A DNA stretch of 64,000 nt from Thiopseudomonas sp. (GTDB lineage Bacteria; Pseudomonadota; Gammaproteobacteria; Pseudomonadales; Pseudomonadaceae): assembly GCA_035647155.1 (NCBI GenBank), contig DASRNZ010000162.1, positions 3,918-67,917 of the forward strand, in the 5' to 3' direction. The position numbers and the translations under genes are program-made. Below, one piece after another: positions 1 through 9,459 of this stretch. Each line of letters opens with the position of its first letter. Positions within the stretch are counted from its first letter, which is position 1. Below the pieces are notes generated by a model that saw only the letters and a list, made by a program, of their open reading frames with translations, was not told the DNA's origin and searched no databases.

Positions 1-493
1 ATAAGCTCTGCCAGTCCGTCACGACTGGGCCCTGCACGCGCACCATCACTTCATGCCACTGGCTGTACTCATAATCGGGCAGCCAAAACTGATCGGTTAA
101 ACCCGTGCCGCCAATATAGGCAGTGTGTCCATCTACAATAAGCAGTTTGCGGTGGTCGCGGTAGAAGTTTTCCAGGCCGCGCGTCCAGCGCAATGGATTA
201 TAAAAACGCAGTTCTATCCCAGCTTCCAGCCAATGACGGCGTTGGGCAGAACGAAAATGACGACTCCCAAAACTATCAAATAAACAACGCACACTGACGC
301 CACGCTCAACTGCCGCGATCAGTGCCGCTTCGACTCGGTCGGCACTCTCACCGCTACTGACCAGATACAGTTCAATATCAATCTGCTCGCGCGCCTGTTC
401 GATACGCGCCAGCCAGTCGTTAAAAAATGCGGGGCCATCAATCAAAAGTTCGAATTGGTTACCGGCACGCCACGGGAAAATCAAACCAGCCAT
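1..493 (-). CDS. Phospholipase D / cardiolipin synthase family protein (ClsB-like), N-terminal part; the 3' end lies beyond the left window edge
   Basis: Absent from the ORF track because it is open at the edge. Reverse-strand reading from ATG 493-491 gives MAGLIFPWRAGNQFELLIDGPAFFNDWLARIEQAREQIDIELYL... The HKD motif HRKLLIVDG (HxKxxxxD) is encoded at about 128-154. Confidence 0.7.
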   Translation of the reverse strand, partial: MAGLIFPWRAGNQFELLIDGPAFFNDWLARIEQAREQIDIELYLVSSGESADRVEAALIAAVERGVSVRCLFDSFGSRHFRSAQRRHWLEAGIELRFYNPLRWTRGLENFYRDHRKLLIVDGHTAYIGGTGLTDQFWLPDYEYSQWHEVMVRVQGPVVTDWQSL

Positions 494-637
494 CTTTAAC
501 TTTCCTTATGAATAGTGTGGTGGAATCAAGCTCACAAAACGTCGTTGTCAGCAGCAAAGGTCATTAGCAGTTGAGCCCGCAGCCTTCAAGCACGGACTCA
601 CAATGAATCAACCCTCATGTTTTACCACAGATTCCAT

Positions 638-676
638 AAAAAACCCGCGCCGGTGATTAAACGCAACGCGGGTTTT
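638..676 (-). terminator. Rho-independent terminator downstream of the phosphoketolase-family gene
   Basis: Stem AACCCGCG (642-649) pairs with CGCGGGTT (667-674). On the minus-strand RNA the hairpin is followed by UUUUUAU. It sits 23 nt past the stop at 699. Confidence 0.6.
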
Positions 677-698
677 ATCCAGCAATAAAGATTAAGGC

Positions 699-3107
699 TT
701 AACGCAGAATCTGCGGATCACCTTTACCTGCTACTGCGGCAGCTTCTTCAATGGTCAACAGCGCTGTGCGTGGTAAGTCTTGCAAGCGTGCACAGGCAGC
801 CAAGACATTACCCCAGCAGGCGCGGTTGACAAACTGCATGCCGAACTCATCCAAAGTACCACCACGGTTACGGTAGCCCAGCACATATGTGCTGTTGGCA
901 TCCGGCAGAATCGTCCATAAATGACCACGCATCACTTCAGGGCGCATATGCGTGAGCAACACACGCAGACGGAAGCGGCTTGGGAACAATTGTTCAACCA
1001 GTGCGTCACTGGCGAGGCTTTCCAGCTCCCAGCGGTCGCGCGGCGCACGGAAACGACCCGGCTCTTGTAAGTAGACGACGCGGTAGCCCATTTCGGCTTC
1101 TTCTAAGCGCTGTGCAGCGCGCAGAACTTGCTCCAACTGGTAGCTACCATTGGCAATCAACAGCAATGGATCAGTGCCTTCAAACTCTTTCACCACAATC
1201 GCGCCATCACGGGCCAACTGTTCTGCTTGCTCTTGGGTGAAATAAGCCGGACGGTCACGTTTAGCTGCGACGATGCAGGCGATTTGACCGCGCGCACTGT
1301 AAATCTGCGGTAAGAGCGCCAGCATACTGTTGTGGTCTGCTGGGAATAACACGCGGGACACATCACTCATCTCGCCTAATAAGGCTTCACAGAAGGTGGT
1401 GTCTTGGTGTGACTGTTGGTTTTTACCATTTTCCCAGGTGTGTGAAGTGGCCACTAACGGCCAGCCCAGCCAACCGGCAGGACGACCCACTTCTTTTTGC
1501 TGACGTGAGTAAATCAAGCTTTGGCGCACGGCACCCAGCATTTTTACGCAGAAGGCTTCGTAGCTGGCGACCAAATTGAGACCAGACTGGTTAGCTAAAC
1601 ACGCCGAGACCACTGCTTCTTCGTTCAGTGCAGTAATGATCTTGCCATCAACAGCTTCTAAATCACTTTCAGGCTCACTGACGCGGTGGCGTAGGGTTTT
1701 CAGCACTTCAGTCAGACGGTTACTGGCCAGCTCATCGGGGTTACCGACACGTGGACGCAAGTCTGGGTTAGCAGCAACTAAGTCAACAAAGTAACGATCG
1801 AGTGCAGCCATGGTTGAGCAGGTGTCATCACGGTAATGCAGCTCAGGTTGCACTGGTGTTTTTGGGTGACGATTGGCGAGTGGATTATCACGCTCCAATG
1901 GGCGGTTTTGCGCTTGATGCGTATTCAGCAGTTCTAACGCTTCGCGCATATCCTCAGGGGTGACATACAGTGGCTTGATGTGCTTATTAAACAGATCACG
2001 CGACTGCGCATCCACATGTGGATTACCCGGTAAGGGCAAGTTGTGTGCTTTATTTTCATCAGCACCATAAAAGCCAAAACCTTTAATGGTGTTAGCAATA
2101 CCGTACGGGATCGGCAGCGGGTAAGACAAAATACCGCTGTCTTTTTCTTGCACGCGGCGCTCTAAACGCTGCTCCATTTCCCAGATCGTGCAAACAAAAG
2201 CTGCAGGGTCACGGCCATCAAACTCAATCGGGTCAAAACCACAACCGCGCAGATGACGCTCAAAACTGGCCAAGCCTTCCGGTGTACCCATTTGCGTACG
2301 CTGCTCAATACGACGACCATTGGCAATCATAATCGGCAATGCTGGGCCGCTGTCTTCAGCGCGCCACCAGCGTGGAATCCAATCACTGCCACGTTGTTCT
2401 TCAGCGGCACCATCAGATAAAAAGGCAATCAGCTTCTCGCCGGGTAATGGCATATGCACATACTGCAGTTCAGCGAAACCTAGATAACCACCTTCGATAA
2501 TTCCACCCGCTGTATACGGGTTGACGTGACTGCCCAGTGGCGCCGCCATCGAGCCATCTGCAGAAATCTCGTAGCTATAGAAGTCATTGAGTAAACGGTT
2601 AATACCTTCTTCGCCATCGCTGTAGGCCTGTTCTTGCTCAGGATGCAGATTACCCAATAGCACGTTCAGCGCTTCAATCGCAGCTACACTGTGGCCTTGG
2701 CCCATCATCCACGCGCGGGTTTCACCGGTTAAGGCATTCAGCGCCATATAAGCGGCATAGCCTGGCACCATATTCAATGCGCCGCCAGTGTGCCCTTCGG
2801 GCTGAACTTTAAATTCATCCGCGCTCAATTCACTGCCGTCTAAATGCACTTTGCGGGCATAGGTCATATGCACTACCAGCGACATACCAGCCGCAGTGAT
2901 TTTATCCAATGCACTCATTTTACGGTACACAGTGGCTAAGTCTGGCTGCATCTGTGCTTGTACGAGCTGGTGAGCAAGACGATATACTGCAGCTTGTGTT
3001 TCTGCAGTATGCTCAATCGGGCCATAGCCCTTTTGCCATTGCTCAAAGGCCGGCTCAATTTTAGCGTGATCAGTTAAGTCAGCTATGCTTGGCAAAATTT
3101 GATGCAT
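699..3107 (-). CDS. Phosphoketolase-family ThDP enzyme (divergent Xfp-like)
   Basis: ORF 699..3128; length about 800 aa. By-eye collinear matches to phosphoketolase blocks: PEGHTGGALNMVPGY, GQGHSVAAIEALN, IIEGGYLGF, SDGAAEE...IANGRRI. The preferred start is ATG at 3107 (MHQILPS...), preceded by GGAG 7 nt upstream. The track start at 3128 is a TTG. Confidence 0.8.
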   Translation of the reverse strand: MHQILPSIADLTDHAKIEPAFEQWQKGYGPIEHTAETQAAVYRLAHQLVQAQMQPDLATVYRKMSALDKITAAGMSLVVHMTYARKVHLDGSELSADEFKVQPEGHTGGALNMVPGYAAYMALNALTGETRAWMMGQGHSVAAIEALNVLLGNLHPEQEQAYSDGEEGINRLLNDFYSYEISADGSMAAPLGSHVNPYTAGGIIEGGYLGFAELQYVHMPLPGEKLIAFLSDGAAEEQRGSDWIPRWWRAEDSGPALPIMIANGRRIEQRTQMGTPEGLASFERHLRGCGFDPIEFDGRDPAAFVCTIWEMEQRLERRVQEKDSGILSYPLPIPYGIANTIKGFGFYGADENKAHNLPLPGNPHVDAQSRDLFNKHIKPLYVTPEDMREALELLNTHQAQNRPLERDNPLANRHPKTPVQPELHYRDDTCSTMAALDRYFVDLVAANPDLRPRVGNPDELASNRLTEVLKTLRHRVSEPESDLEAVDGKIITALNEEAVVSACLANQSGLNLVASYEAFCVKMLGAVRQSLIYSRQQKEVGRPAGWLGWPLVATSHTWENGKNQQSHQDTTFCEALLGEMSDVSRVLFPADHNSMLALLPQIYSARGQIACIVAAKRDRPAYFTQEQAEQLARDGAIVVKEFEGTDPLLLIANGSYQLEQVLRAAQRLEEAEMGYRVVYLQEPGRFRAPRDRWELESLASDALVEQLFPSRFRLRVLLTHMRPEVMRGHLWTILPDANSTYVLGYRNRGGTLDEFGMQFVNRACWGNVLAACARLQDLPRTALLTIEEAAAVAGKGDPQILR

Positions 3108-3160
3108 TTTAGTACTCCGTAAACTCAAATAAGGTGCAGTTTAAAGTCAGCCTGATAAGG

Positions 3161-3179
3161 TTATCATGATAATCATCCA
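3161..3179. promoter_or_regulatory. Fur-box-like palindrome in the divergent promoter region
   Basis: TTATCATGATAA is a perfect 12-bp palindrome at 3161-3172. ATGATAATCAT (3166-3176) equals the central 11 nt of the GATAATGATAATCATTATC Fur consensus. Confidence 0.35.
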
Positions 3180-3229
3180 TAACTGCTTACTCTGTAATAC
3201 TCTATTTACACAGCCAAGAAGGAATAACC

Positions 3230-4654
3230 ATGGCCTTACTTAATTTTCTCGGTGCCATTCAACAAGTGACTGGCTCGTGTTATTTGATCGAAACCTTTGA
3301 TAAAAAGAACATTTTACTCGAATGTGGCATGCAGCAAGGTGGTGATAGCGACAATAACAACCATGACAGCGACAACGAGCCTCGCTCAGCATTTGTATTT
3401 AATCCTGAAACCATTGATGCCGTTGTTATCTCCCACGCACATATTGATCACAGTGGTATGTTACCGCGTTTAGTCTCTGAAGGGTTTCGCGGTCCGATTT
3501 ATGCCACCGATGCCACCTGTGAGCTGATGGAACTGATGCTACTCGATTCAGCACATATTCAAGAAAAAGATGCTGAGTGGGAAAACCGCTGGCGTGCCCG
3601 AAAAGGCCGCAAGCCCATCAAACCAATGTATGTCAGCGCAGATGCAGCGCGCGTGATGAAGCAACTGGTTGCGGTTGACTACGAGACCCTCACAAAAGTT
3701 GTGCCTGATGTCAAAGTGAGCTTCCATGATGCCGGCCATATTATTGGCTCAGCTATTGTTAAACTTGAGTTCCATGAGCCCAATGACAGTGTGCGCACCT
3801 TGGTGTTCTCGGGCGACTTGGGTGGCGGCTGCTCTCCTCTGATGAAGGCTCCTACGATCCTCAAGCATGCTGACGTCCTGCTGCTCGAGTCCACCTACGG
3901 TGACCGTGATCACCGCTGCAATGAAGACACCCTCGACGAGTTAGCGGAAATTCTGCAACAAGCCCACAAAGACGGCGGCAATGTAATGATTCCGGCGTTC
4001 TCTGTTGGACGTACTCAAGATATTTTATTCCACTTGGGTCGCTTCTATCAGGAAGGTCGTCTACCACAGCATACAGTGTACTTAGACAGCCCCATGGCGA
4101 TTCGCGCCAATGAAATCTATATGCGCCACCGCGAAGATTTCGATCAAGACAATATGGAACAACTGCAAGATAACAACTTCCATAATGCCACCGACTGGTT
4201 GCCGATTTTAAAGCTGACACCGACACCACAAGAATCCATGGCCATTAACAATGTTAAAAGCGGCGCCATTATTGTCGCCGGTAGTGGTATGTGTACCGGT
4301 GGCCGTATTATCCACCACTTTAAACACAACCTATGGCGTGAAAACTGCCATATGATTTTTACCGGCTTCCAAGCCCGCGGTACCACGGGTCGAGCTATTG
4401 TTGATGGCGCTAAAACCGTACGGGTCTTCCGTGAAGATATTATGGTCGGTGCTCAAGTGCATACTCTGGGTGGTTTCTCGGCTCATGCCGGCCAATCACA
4501 ACTGATTGAGTGGGCCAGTCATTTTGAAAACAAACCAGAATTGCATTTAATCCATGGCGAAGTGGAAAAAATGAAGATTCTGCAAAGCGAGTTTAAAAAA
4601 CAATTGGATTGGGATGTGAATATCCCAGACCTGAATGATCGCATTGCCTTATAA
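3230..4654 (+). CDS. MBL-fold metallo-hydrolase with beta-CASP / RNA-specificity domain (RNase J / CPSF-like)
   Basis: N-terminus is LNFLGAIQQVTGSCYLIE. The HxHxDH motif appears as SHAHIDHSG. Length is 474 aa. AAGGA RBS lies before the ATG. Confidence 0.85.
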   Translation: MALLNFLGAIQQVTGSCYLIETFDKKNILLECGMQQGGDSDNNNHDSDNEPRSAFVFNPETIDAVVISHAHIDHSGMLPRLVSEGFRGPIYATDATCELMELMLLDSAHIQEKDAEWENRWRARKGRKPIKPMYVSADAARVMKQLVAVDYETLTKVVPDVKVSFHDAGHIIGSAIVKLEFHEPNDSVRTLVFSGDLGGGCSPLMKAPTILKHADVLLLESTYGDRDHRCNEDTLDELAEILQQAHKDGGNVMIPAFSVGRTQDILFHLGRFYQEGRLPQHTVYLDSPMAIRANEIYMRHREDFDQDNMEQLQDNNFHNATDWLPILKLTPTPQESMAINNVKSGAIIVAGSGMCTGGRIIHHFKHNLWRENCHMIFTGFQARGTTGRAIVDGAKTVRVFREDIMVGAQVHTLGGFSAHAGQSQLIEWASHFENKPELHLIHGEVEKMKILQSEFKKQLDWDVNIPDLNDRIAL

Positions 4655-4663
4655 GGATGTGTT

Positions 4664-5743
4664 ATGACATTTAAAAATGATGATTATTTAACGCGCCAGT
4701 ATCAGGTCAGCAGTTTTGACCTTGATACTAAGGTGGATGAGTTACTGAAACTTGCTGTGCCGCCCACCAGCCAAAACCTTGAGTTGTATCGGGAAATGAT
4801 GCTGACCGTCGCCCGAATGGCTGAAGACGATCGCAATCGCTGGGATGCCAAGATCATGCTGCAAACGCTGCGTGAAATGGAAGGCTCTTTTAGCCTACTA
4901 GAACGTTTTAAGCGTCGCCGTAAAGTGACTGTTTTTGGTTCTGCTCGCACTGAGTCAAGCCACCCGCTGTACCAGCAAGCGAAAGAATTGGGTGAGATTT
5001 TAGCGCGTCAGAACCTGATGGTGATCACTGGTGCCGGTGGCGGCATTATGGCGGCTGCACACGAAGGCGCTGGACTTGAAAACAGCTTGGGCTTGAATAT
5101 CGCTCTGCCATTTGAGCAAGGTGCCAATGACACAGTCCATGGCAGCGCTAACTTGCTGACCTTCCACTTCTTCTTCTTACGCAAGCTGTTCTTTGTTAAA
5201 GAAGCGGATGCTCTGGTGCTCTGCCCAGGCGGTTTTGGCACTTTGGATGAAGCACTCGAAGTCTTGACGCTGATTCAAACCGGTAAAAGCCCTATAGTAC
5301 CTGTTGTCCTGCTGGATCAAGAGGGCGGTACTTACTGGGATAAAGCACTGGAGTTTATGCGTGAGGAACTGGTTGATAAAAACTATATTGCGGCCAGTGA
5401 TTTACGTTTAATGCGTCAAGTGCGCACGCCGCAAGAAGCCGGTGAAGAAATTGAACGTTTCTATCTGAACTTCCACTCAACACGCTGGTTCCGCGATAGC
5501 TTTGTGCTACGTATGAATCATCCGCTCAATGAAGACGCAATGGCCACTTTGCATAAAGAGTTTTTAGATCTGTGTGAATCAGGTCGCTACGCGCAAGTGC
5601 CTTACTGCGCTGAAACTCATAATGAGCCTGAGTTCTGCAATCAGCACCGCTTAGAGTTCGTCTTTAACGGTCGTGACCACGGCCGTCTGCGTGAGTTAAT
5701 CGATTTTATTAACTTACCGCAAAACTGGAAAAGCAACAGCTGA
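4664..5743 (+). CDS. LOG family / TIGR00730-type Rossmann-fold nucleotide N-glycosidase-like protein (long form)
   Basis: GAGGGIMAA and PGGFGTLDE motifs. Starts 9 nt after the preceding stop, with an AAGGA RBS. Confidence 0.8.
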   Translation: MTFKNDDYLTRQYQVSSFDLDTKVDELLKLAVPPTSQNLELYREMMLTVARMAEDDRNRWDAKIMLQTLREMEGSFSLLERFKRRRKVTVFGSARTESSHPLYQQAKELGEILARQNLMVITGAGGGIMAAAHEGAGLENSLGLNIALPFEQGANDTVHGSANLLTFHFFFLRKLFFVKEADALVLCPGGFGTLDEALEVLTLIQTGKSPIVPVVLLDQEGGTYWDKALEFMREELVDKNYIAASDLRLMRQVRTPQEAGEEIERFYLNFHSTRWFRDSFVLRMNHPLNEDAMATLHKEFLDLCESGRYAQVPYCAETHNEPEFCNQHRLEFVFNGRDHGRLRELIDFINLPQNWKSNS

Positions 5744-5760
5744 TTGAATGAGCCTTTATA

Positions 5761-5831
5761 GTGGCGGGCACAAGTGCCCGTCCTACTTTCATCTACCAGT
5801 CCAGCGTAAGGCGGGGACTTGTGCCCGCCAC
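5761..5831. repeat. REP-type hairpin doublet (two inverted units) between convergent genes
   Basis: GTGGCGGGCACAAGTGCCCGTCCTAC (5761-5786) and the inverted copy GTAAGGCGGGGACTTGTGCCCGCCAC (5806-5831). The same family recurs at 8567-8649. Confidence 0.8.
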
Positions 5832-5939
5832 CCTGCCAGCCACAACCGATTTACAACGCGGTAACGCGGACACACACTTGTATTTCACAAATTCCAGCAT
5901 TACCCTTTTCGCGACAGTTTCTCTGAAGTGATGGGTAAT

Positions 5940-6635
5940 TTATCCTTGAGAAAGTTCTGCCAAAATATCGCTTAACGCTTGCGCAGGATCAGCGGCTTGG
6001 GTAATGGGGCGTCCAATCACTAAGTAATCGGAACCTGCTTGCATCGCTTGTGCTGGGGTTAAGATGCGCTTTTGATCATCTTTAGCACTGCCGGCGGGAC
6101 GAATACCTGGAGTCACTAACTGCCCTGCTGGCCATTGTTTCTTTAAAATACTGGCTTCTTGAGCTGAACAGACTAAACCATCCAAACCCGCTTGCTCAGC
6201 TAAGCCCGCCAAACGCTGCACCTGCTGCTCTGGGGTCACATCTAGGCCAACGCCCGCCAAATCAGACTGCTCCATACTGGTCAGCACTGTAACGCCAATT
6301 AACAAGGGTTTTGCACCCTCATGCTGGTCCAGCACTTCACGACAGGCCTGCATCATCTTCAAACCACCAGAACAATGCACATTGACCATCCATACACCCA
6401 GCTCAGCCGCAGCTTTAACTGCCATTGCTGTGGTATTAGGAATATCATGAAACTTAAGATCTAAAAAAACATCAAAACCTAATGCATGTAGCCCTTCGAC
6501 TACTTGCGGGCCACTGCGAGTAAATAATTCTTTACCCACTTTAAGGCGGCATTGTTGTGGATTTAGACGTTCAGCAAGGGCTAACGCTTGCGCGGCACTG
6601 GGAAAATCTAAGGCGACAATAACGGGGCTGGACAT
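5940..6635 (-). CDS. pyrF: Orotidine 5'-phosphate decarboxylase
   Basis: VIVALDF..., [17 protein letters not shown] motifs; 231 aa. Confidence 0.95.
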   Translation of the reverse strand: MSSPVIVALDFPSAAQALALAERLNPQQCRLKVGKELFTRSGPQVVEGLHALGFDVFLDLKFHDIPNTTAMAVKAAAELGVWMVNVHCSGGLKMMQACREVLDQHEGAKPLLIGVTVLTSMEQSDLAGVGLDVTPEQQVQRLAGLAEQAGLDGLVCSAQEASILKKQWPAGQLVTPGIRPAGSAKDDQKRILTPAQAMQAGSDYLVIGRPITQAADPAQALSDILAELSQG

Positions 6636-6890
6636 GACTTGAGTCTCGTATCAATAAAATCAGCAACATTGTAGCCTTCCTCACAGCAAAGTACCGCATC
6701 GACTTTACTAGTGATTGGCTTTTCTAATCTAGGCGATACTTAAGAGTAATCACAAAGTCTAATAGTATAGTGTTACAATTGCTGAAATTAATATTCTTGC
6801 AAACCTACTGATTCTGGCAGTTTATGCAATAAAGGTGTAGCATACCCCTTATGAGATCGATTCTCATTTATAAGAGTTTTGGAGGTCCGC

Positions 6891-7061
6891 ATGCCTTGGT
6901 ATATTTGGTTATTAATCGCCTTGGTACTTGGCTCAATCGTTGGTAGCTTATTACTTTTGCGCAGTACCGCCAATAAGATGCCTATTAGCGCAGACAAGTT
7001 AGAATTGATGCGTCAGCGCAATGCTGAGTTGGAGGCGCAAGAACGTCAGCAAGACCAATAA
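6891..7061 (+). CDS. Small membrane protein, DUF2897-like
   Basis: MPWYIWLLIALVLGSIVGSLLLLRSTANK... has one TM helix plus a charged tail. ATG at 6891 has GGAGG 6 nt upstream. The track start at 6879 is a TTG. Confidence 0.6.
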   Translation: MPWYIWLLIALVLGSIVGSLLLLRSTANKMPISADKLELMRQRNAELEAQERQQDQ

Positions 7062-7090
7062 CTCACTTATCACACCGTTGGAGATTTGTT

Positions 7091-8533
7091 ATGTCACGTA
7101 CAGAAACCGATAGTCTAGGTGCCATTGAAGTTCCTGAGAATGCTTACTGGGGCGCGCAAACACAGCGCTCCAAAAAGAACTTTGCAATTGGCTCACAACC
7201 GATGCCTCTAGCCGTAGTGCATGCTTTAGCTCAGGTCAAAAAAGCAGCAGCACGCGTTAATGCTCGTCTCGGTGAAATCCCTAAAGATATCGCCACGCTG
7301 ATTGAGCAAGCAGCTGATGAAGTGATTAGCGGCACTCTAGATGAGCACTTCCCGCTCGTTGTCTGGCAGACCGGTAGTGGTACGCAAAGTAATATGAACG
7401 TCAACGAAGTGATTGCCGGTCGTGCCAATGAAATTGCTGGCCAAGGTCGCGGTGGTAAATCACCGGTGCACCCCAATGATCACGTGAACCGCGCACAAAG
7501 CTCCAACGACTGTTTTCCAACGGCGATGCATATCGCTGCACTGCAAGCCATTGAGCATGACTTATTCCCTGCAGTAAAAATGCTGCGCGATGGTTTGGAC
7601 AAGCAAGCTAAACGTTACGCCAACTTAGTTAAAACCGGCCGCACCCATATGATGGATGCGACGCCAGTGACTTTTGGCCAAGAATTGTCGGCATTTGTTG
7701 CACAACTGGATTATTCCACACACGCAATTGAAGCCACCTTGTCCGCAGTCGGCGAACTGGCACAAGGCGGTACTGCTGTAGGTACGGGTCTAAATGCCAA
7801 TGCCAACTTTGCTGAAAATATTGCCCGTGAATTGGCTTCAGCCACTCAACTGCGTCTAACTTCAGCACCGAATAAGTTTGCTGCATTAGCCGGTCATGAG
7901 CCATTAGTGAGTCTATCGGGCGCGCTAAAAACTTTAGCCGTGACCCTAATGAAAATCGCCAACGACTTGCGTATCTTGGGTTCAGGCCCGCGCGCAGGTT
8001 TAGCAGAAGTGATGTTACCGGCGAACGAACCTGGCAGCTCGATTATGCCGGGCAAGGTCAACCCCACTCAGTGTGAAGCACTGTCGATGCTGGCCTGTCA
8101 GGTGATGGGGAATGACGTGACCATCAATATGGCAGCCAGTCACGGTCATTTACAGCTGAACGTGTTTAAGCCAGTGATTATTCACAATATTCTTGAGTCG
8201 ATTGAGTTGATGGCCGATGGCTGTCGCAACTTCCAAGAGCATTGCGTGGAAGGTATGCAAGCCAATGAGCAGCAGATGGCTGATCACTTAGAAAATGGCC
8301 TGATGCTGGTGACTGCATTGAACCGCCATATCGGTTATGACAATGCGGCTAAAATAGCTAAGAAAGCCTACGAAGAAGACCTCACGCTACGTGCTGCAGC
8401 GATTGAGTTAGGCTTGGTGACTGATGAGCAGTTCAGCGAATGGGTTCGCCCAGAAGATATGCTGCACCCAACACCCCATAAAGGCGAAAGCGTTAAGCCT
8501 TCGTCAAGAACAGCGCGCAGAAGCTGGTCGTAA
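7091..8533 (+). CDS. fumC: Class II fumarate hydratase
   Basis: GSSIMPGKVNPTQCE signature and SSNDCFPTAMHIA. 480 aa, with a tail about 13 aa longer than usual. Confidence 0.95.
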   Translation: MSRTETDSLGAIEVPENAYWGAQTQRSKKNFAIGSQPMPLAVVHALAQVKKAAARVNARLGEIPKDIATLIEQAADEVISGTLDEHFPLVVWQTGSGTQSNMNVNEVIAGRANEIAGQGRGGKSPVHPNDHVNRAQSSNDCFPTAMHIAALQAIEHDLFPAVKMLRDGLDKQAKRYANLVKTGRTHMMDATPVTFGQELSAFVAQLDYSTHAIEATLSAVGELAQGGTAVGTGLNANANFAENIARELASATQLRLTSAPNKFAALAGHEPLVSLSGALKTLAVTLMKIANDLRILGSGPRAGLAEVMLPANEPGSSIMPGKVNPTQCEALSMLACQVMGNDVTINMAASHGHLQLNVFKPVIIHNILESIELMADGCRNFQEHCVEGMQANEQQMADHLENGLMLVTALNRHIGYDNAAKIAKKAYEEDLTLRAAAIELGLVTDEQFSEWVRPEDMLHPTPHKGESVKPSSRTARRSWS

Positions 8534-8566
8534 TCACATAGATCATATATAACATATGCATGCACA

Positions 8567-8649
8567 GTGGCGGGCACAAGTGCCCGCCCTACCTGTTGCT
8601 TTACATGGTTGTGCTGTGCTTTTGTAGGGAGGGCATTGATGCCCGCCAC
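8567..8649. repeat. REP-type hairpin doublet, flanked by a 14-nt direct repeat
   Basis: GTGGCGGGCACAAGTGCCCGCCCTAC (8567-8592) and the inverted unit GTAGGGAGGGCATTGATGCCCGCCAC (8624-8649). CACATAGATCATAT occurs at 8535-8548 and again at 8674-8687. Confidence 0.8.
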
Positions 8650-8709
8650 TGCATCATCAATACACCGTCAAAACACATAGATCATATGTAAGGCGTTTTA
8701 CATGCAGTA

Positions 8710-9459
8710 TCAGCTACGGTTTGCAGCTGCTACGATCAGCGCTTTCATTTCCGCCACAGCGGCTGAAAAACCGACAAACAGCGCGTGCGCAATAATCGCA
8801 TGACCAATATTGAGTTCATTAATCCCGGCAATCGCTGCAATCGGCTCAACGTTATGGTAATTCAGACCGTGTCCTGCATTCACCACTAGGCCCTGCTTAA
8901 CAGCAAACTCAACCGACTTACGAATCAACTGCAATTGCTCAGCCTGCTCAGTCGGTGTCACTGCATCTGAGTAATGTCCGGTGTGTAACTCAATGGTGGT
9001 TGCACCGACACGCTTGGCCGCTAAAATCTGCTGTTCATCCGCATCAACAAATAACGATACATCACAACCCACAGCCTGCAGACGCTCAATGGCTACGGCA
9101 ATGCGCGCTTCCTGCGCCACCACATCCAAACCACCTTCAGTGGTCAACTCAGCACGCGTCTCAGGCACTAAGCAGGCATGTTCAGGACGAATCTCTTCAG
9201 CCAAAGCCAGCATCTCTTCGGTGACACCCATCTCAAAGTTCATTGGAGTGTGCATCACTTCACGCAACACACGCACATCACGATCTTGGATATGACGGCG
9301 ATCTTCGCGCAAATGAATAGTGATACCATCGGCTCCAGCCTGCTCTGCATCCAAAGCGGCCTTAACTGGATCAGGGTAACGGGTACCGCGCGCCTGACGC
9401 ACAGTGGCAATATGATCAATATTAACGCCTAACAAAATACGCTTATTCAAATTCATCAC
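8710..9459 (-). CDS. pdxJ: Pyridoxine 5'-phosphate synthase
   Basis: [16 protein letters not shown] and HLREDRRHI motifs. ATGA overlap with the recO stop. Confidence 0.95.
   Translation of the reverse strand: MMNLNKRILLGVNIDHIATVRQARGTRYPDPVKAALDAEQAGADGITIHLREDRRHIQDRDVRVLREVMHTPMNFEMGVTEEMLALAEEIRPEHACLVPETRAELTTEGGLDVVAQEARIAVAIERLQAVGCDVSLFVDADEQQILAAKRVGATTIELHTGHYSDAVTPTEQAEQLQLIRKSVEFAVKQGLVVNAGHGLNYHNVEPIAAIAGINELNIGHAIIAHALFVGFSAAVAEMKALIVAAANRS

Noticed and set aside
3108-3128. N-terminal extensions in the ORF track that begin at TTG/GTG codons (for example 3128, 6879, 12827, 16257, 16778, 19203, 21548, 27677, 31250, 32901, 38996, 40833, 51378, 57109)
   Set aside because: In each case an internal ATG with a better Shine-Dalgarno sequence and/or a sensible junction with the upstream gene gives an N-terminus matching the family. 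The extensions are artefacts of longest-ORF calling.
8461-8533. FumC C-terminal tail about 13 aa longer than typical, considered as a frameshift or pseudogene
   Set aside because: The catalytic and C-terminal core are intact and in one frame. The extension is short and is best noted as a side effect of the adjacent repeat insertion (see the finding at 8535-8687), not as gene decay.
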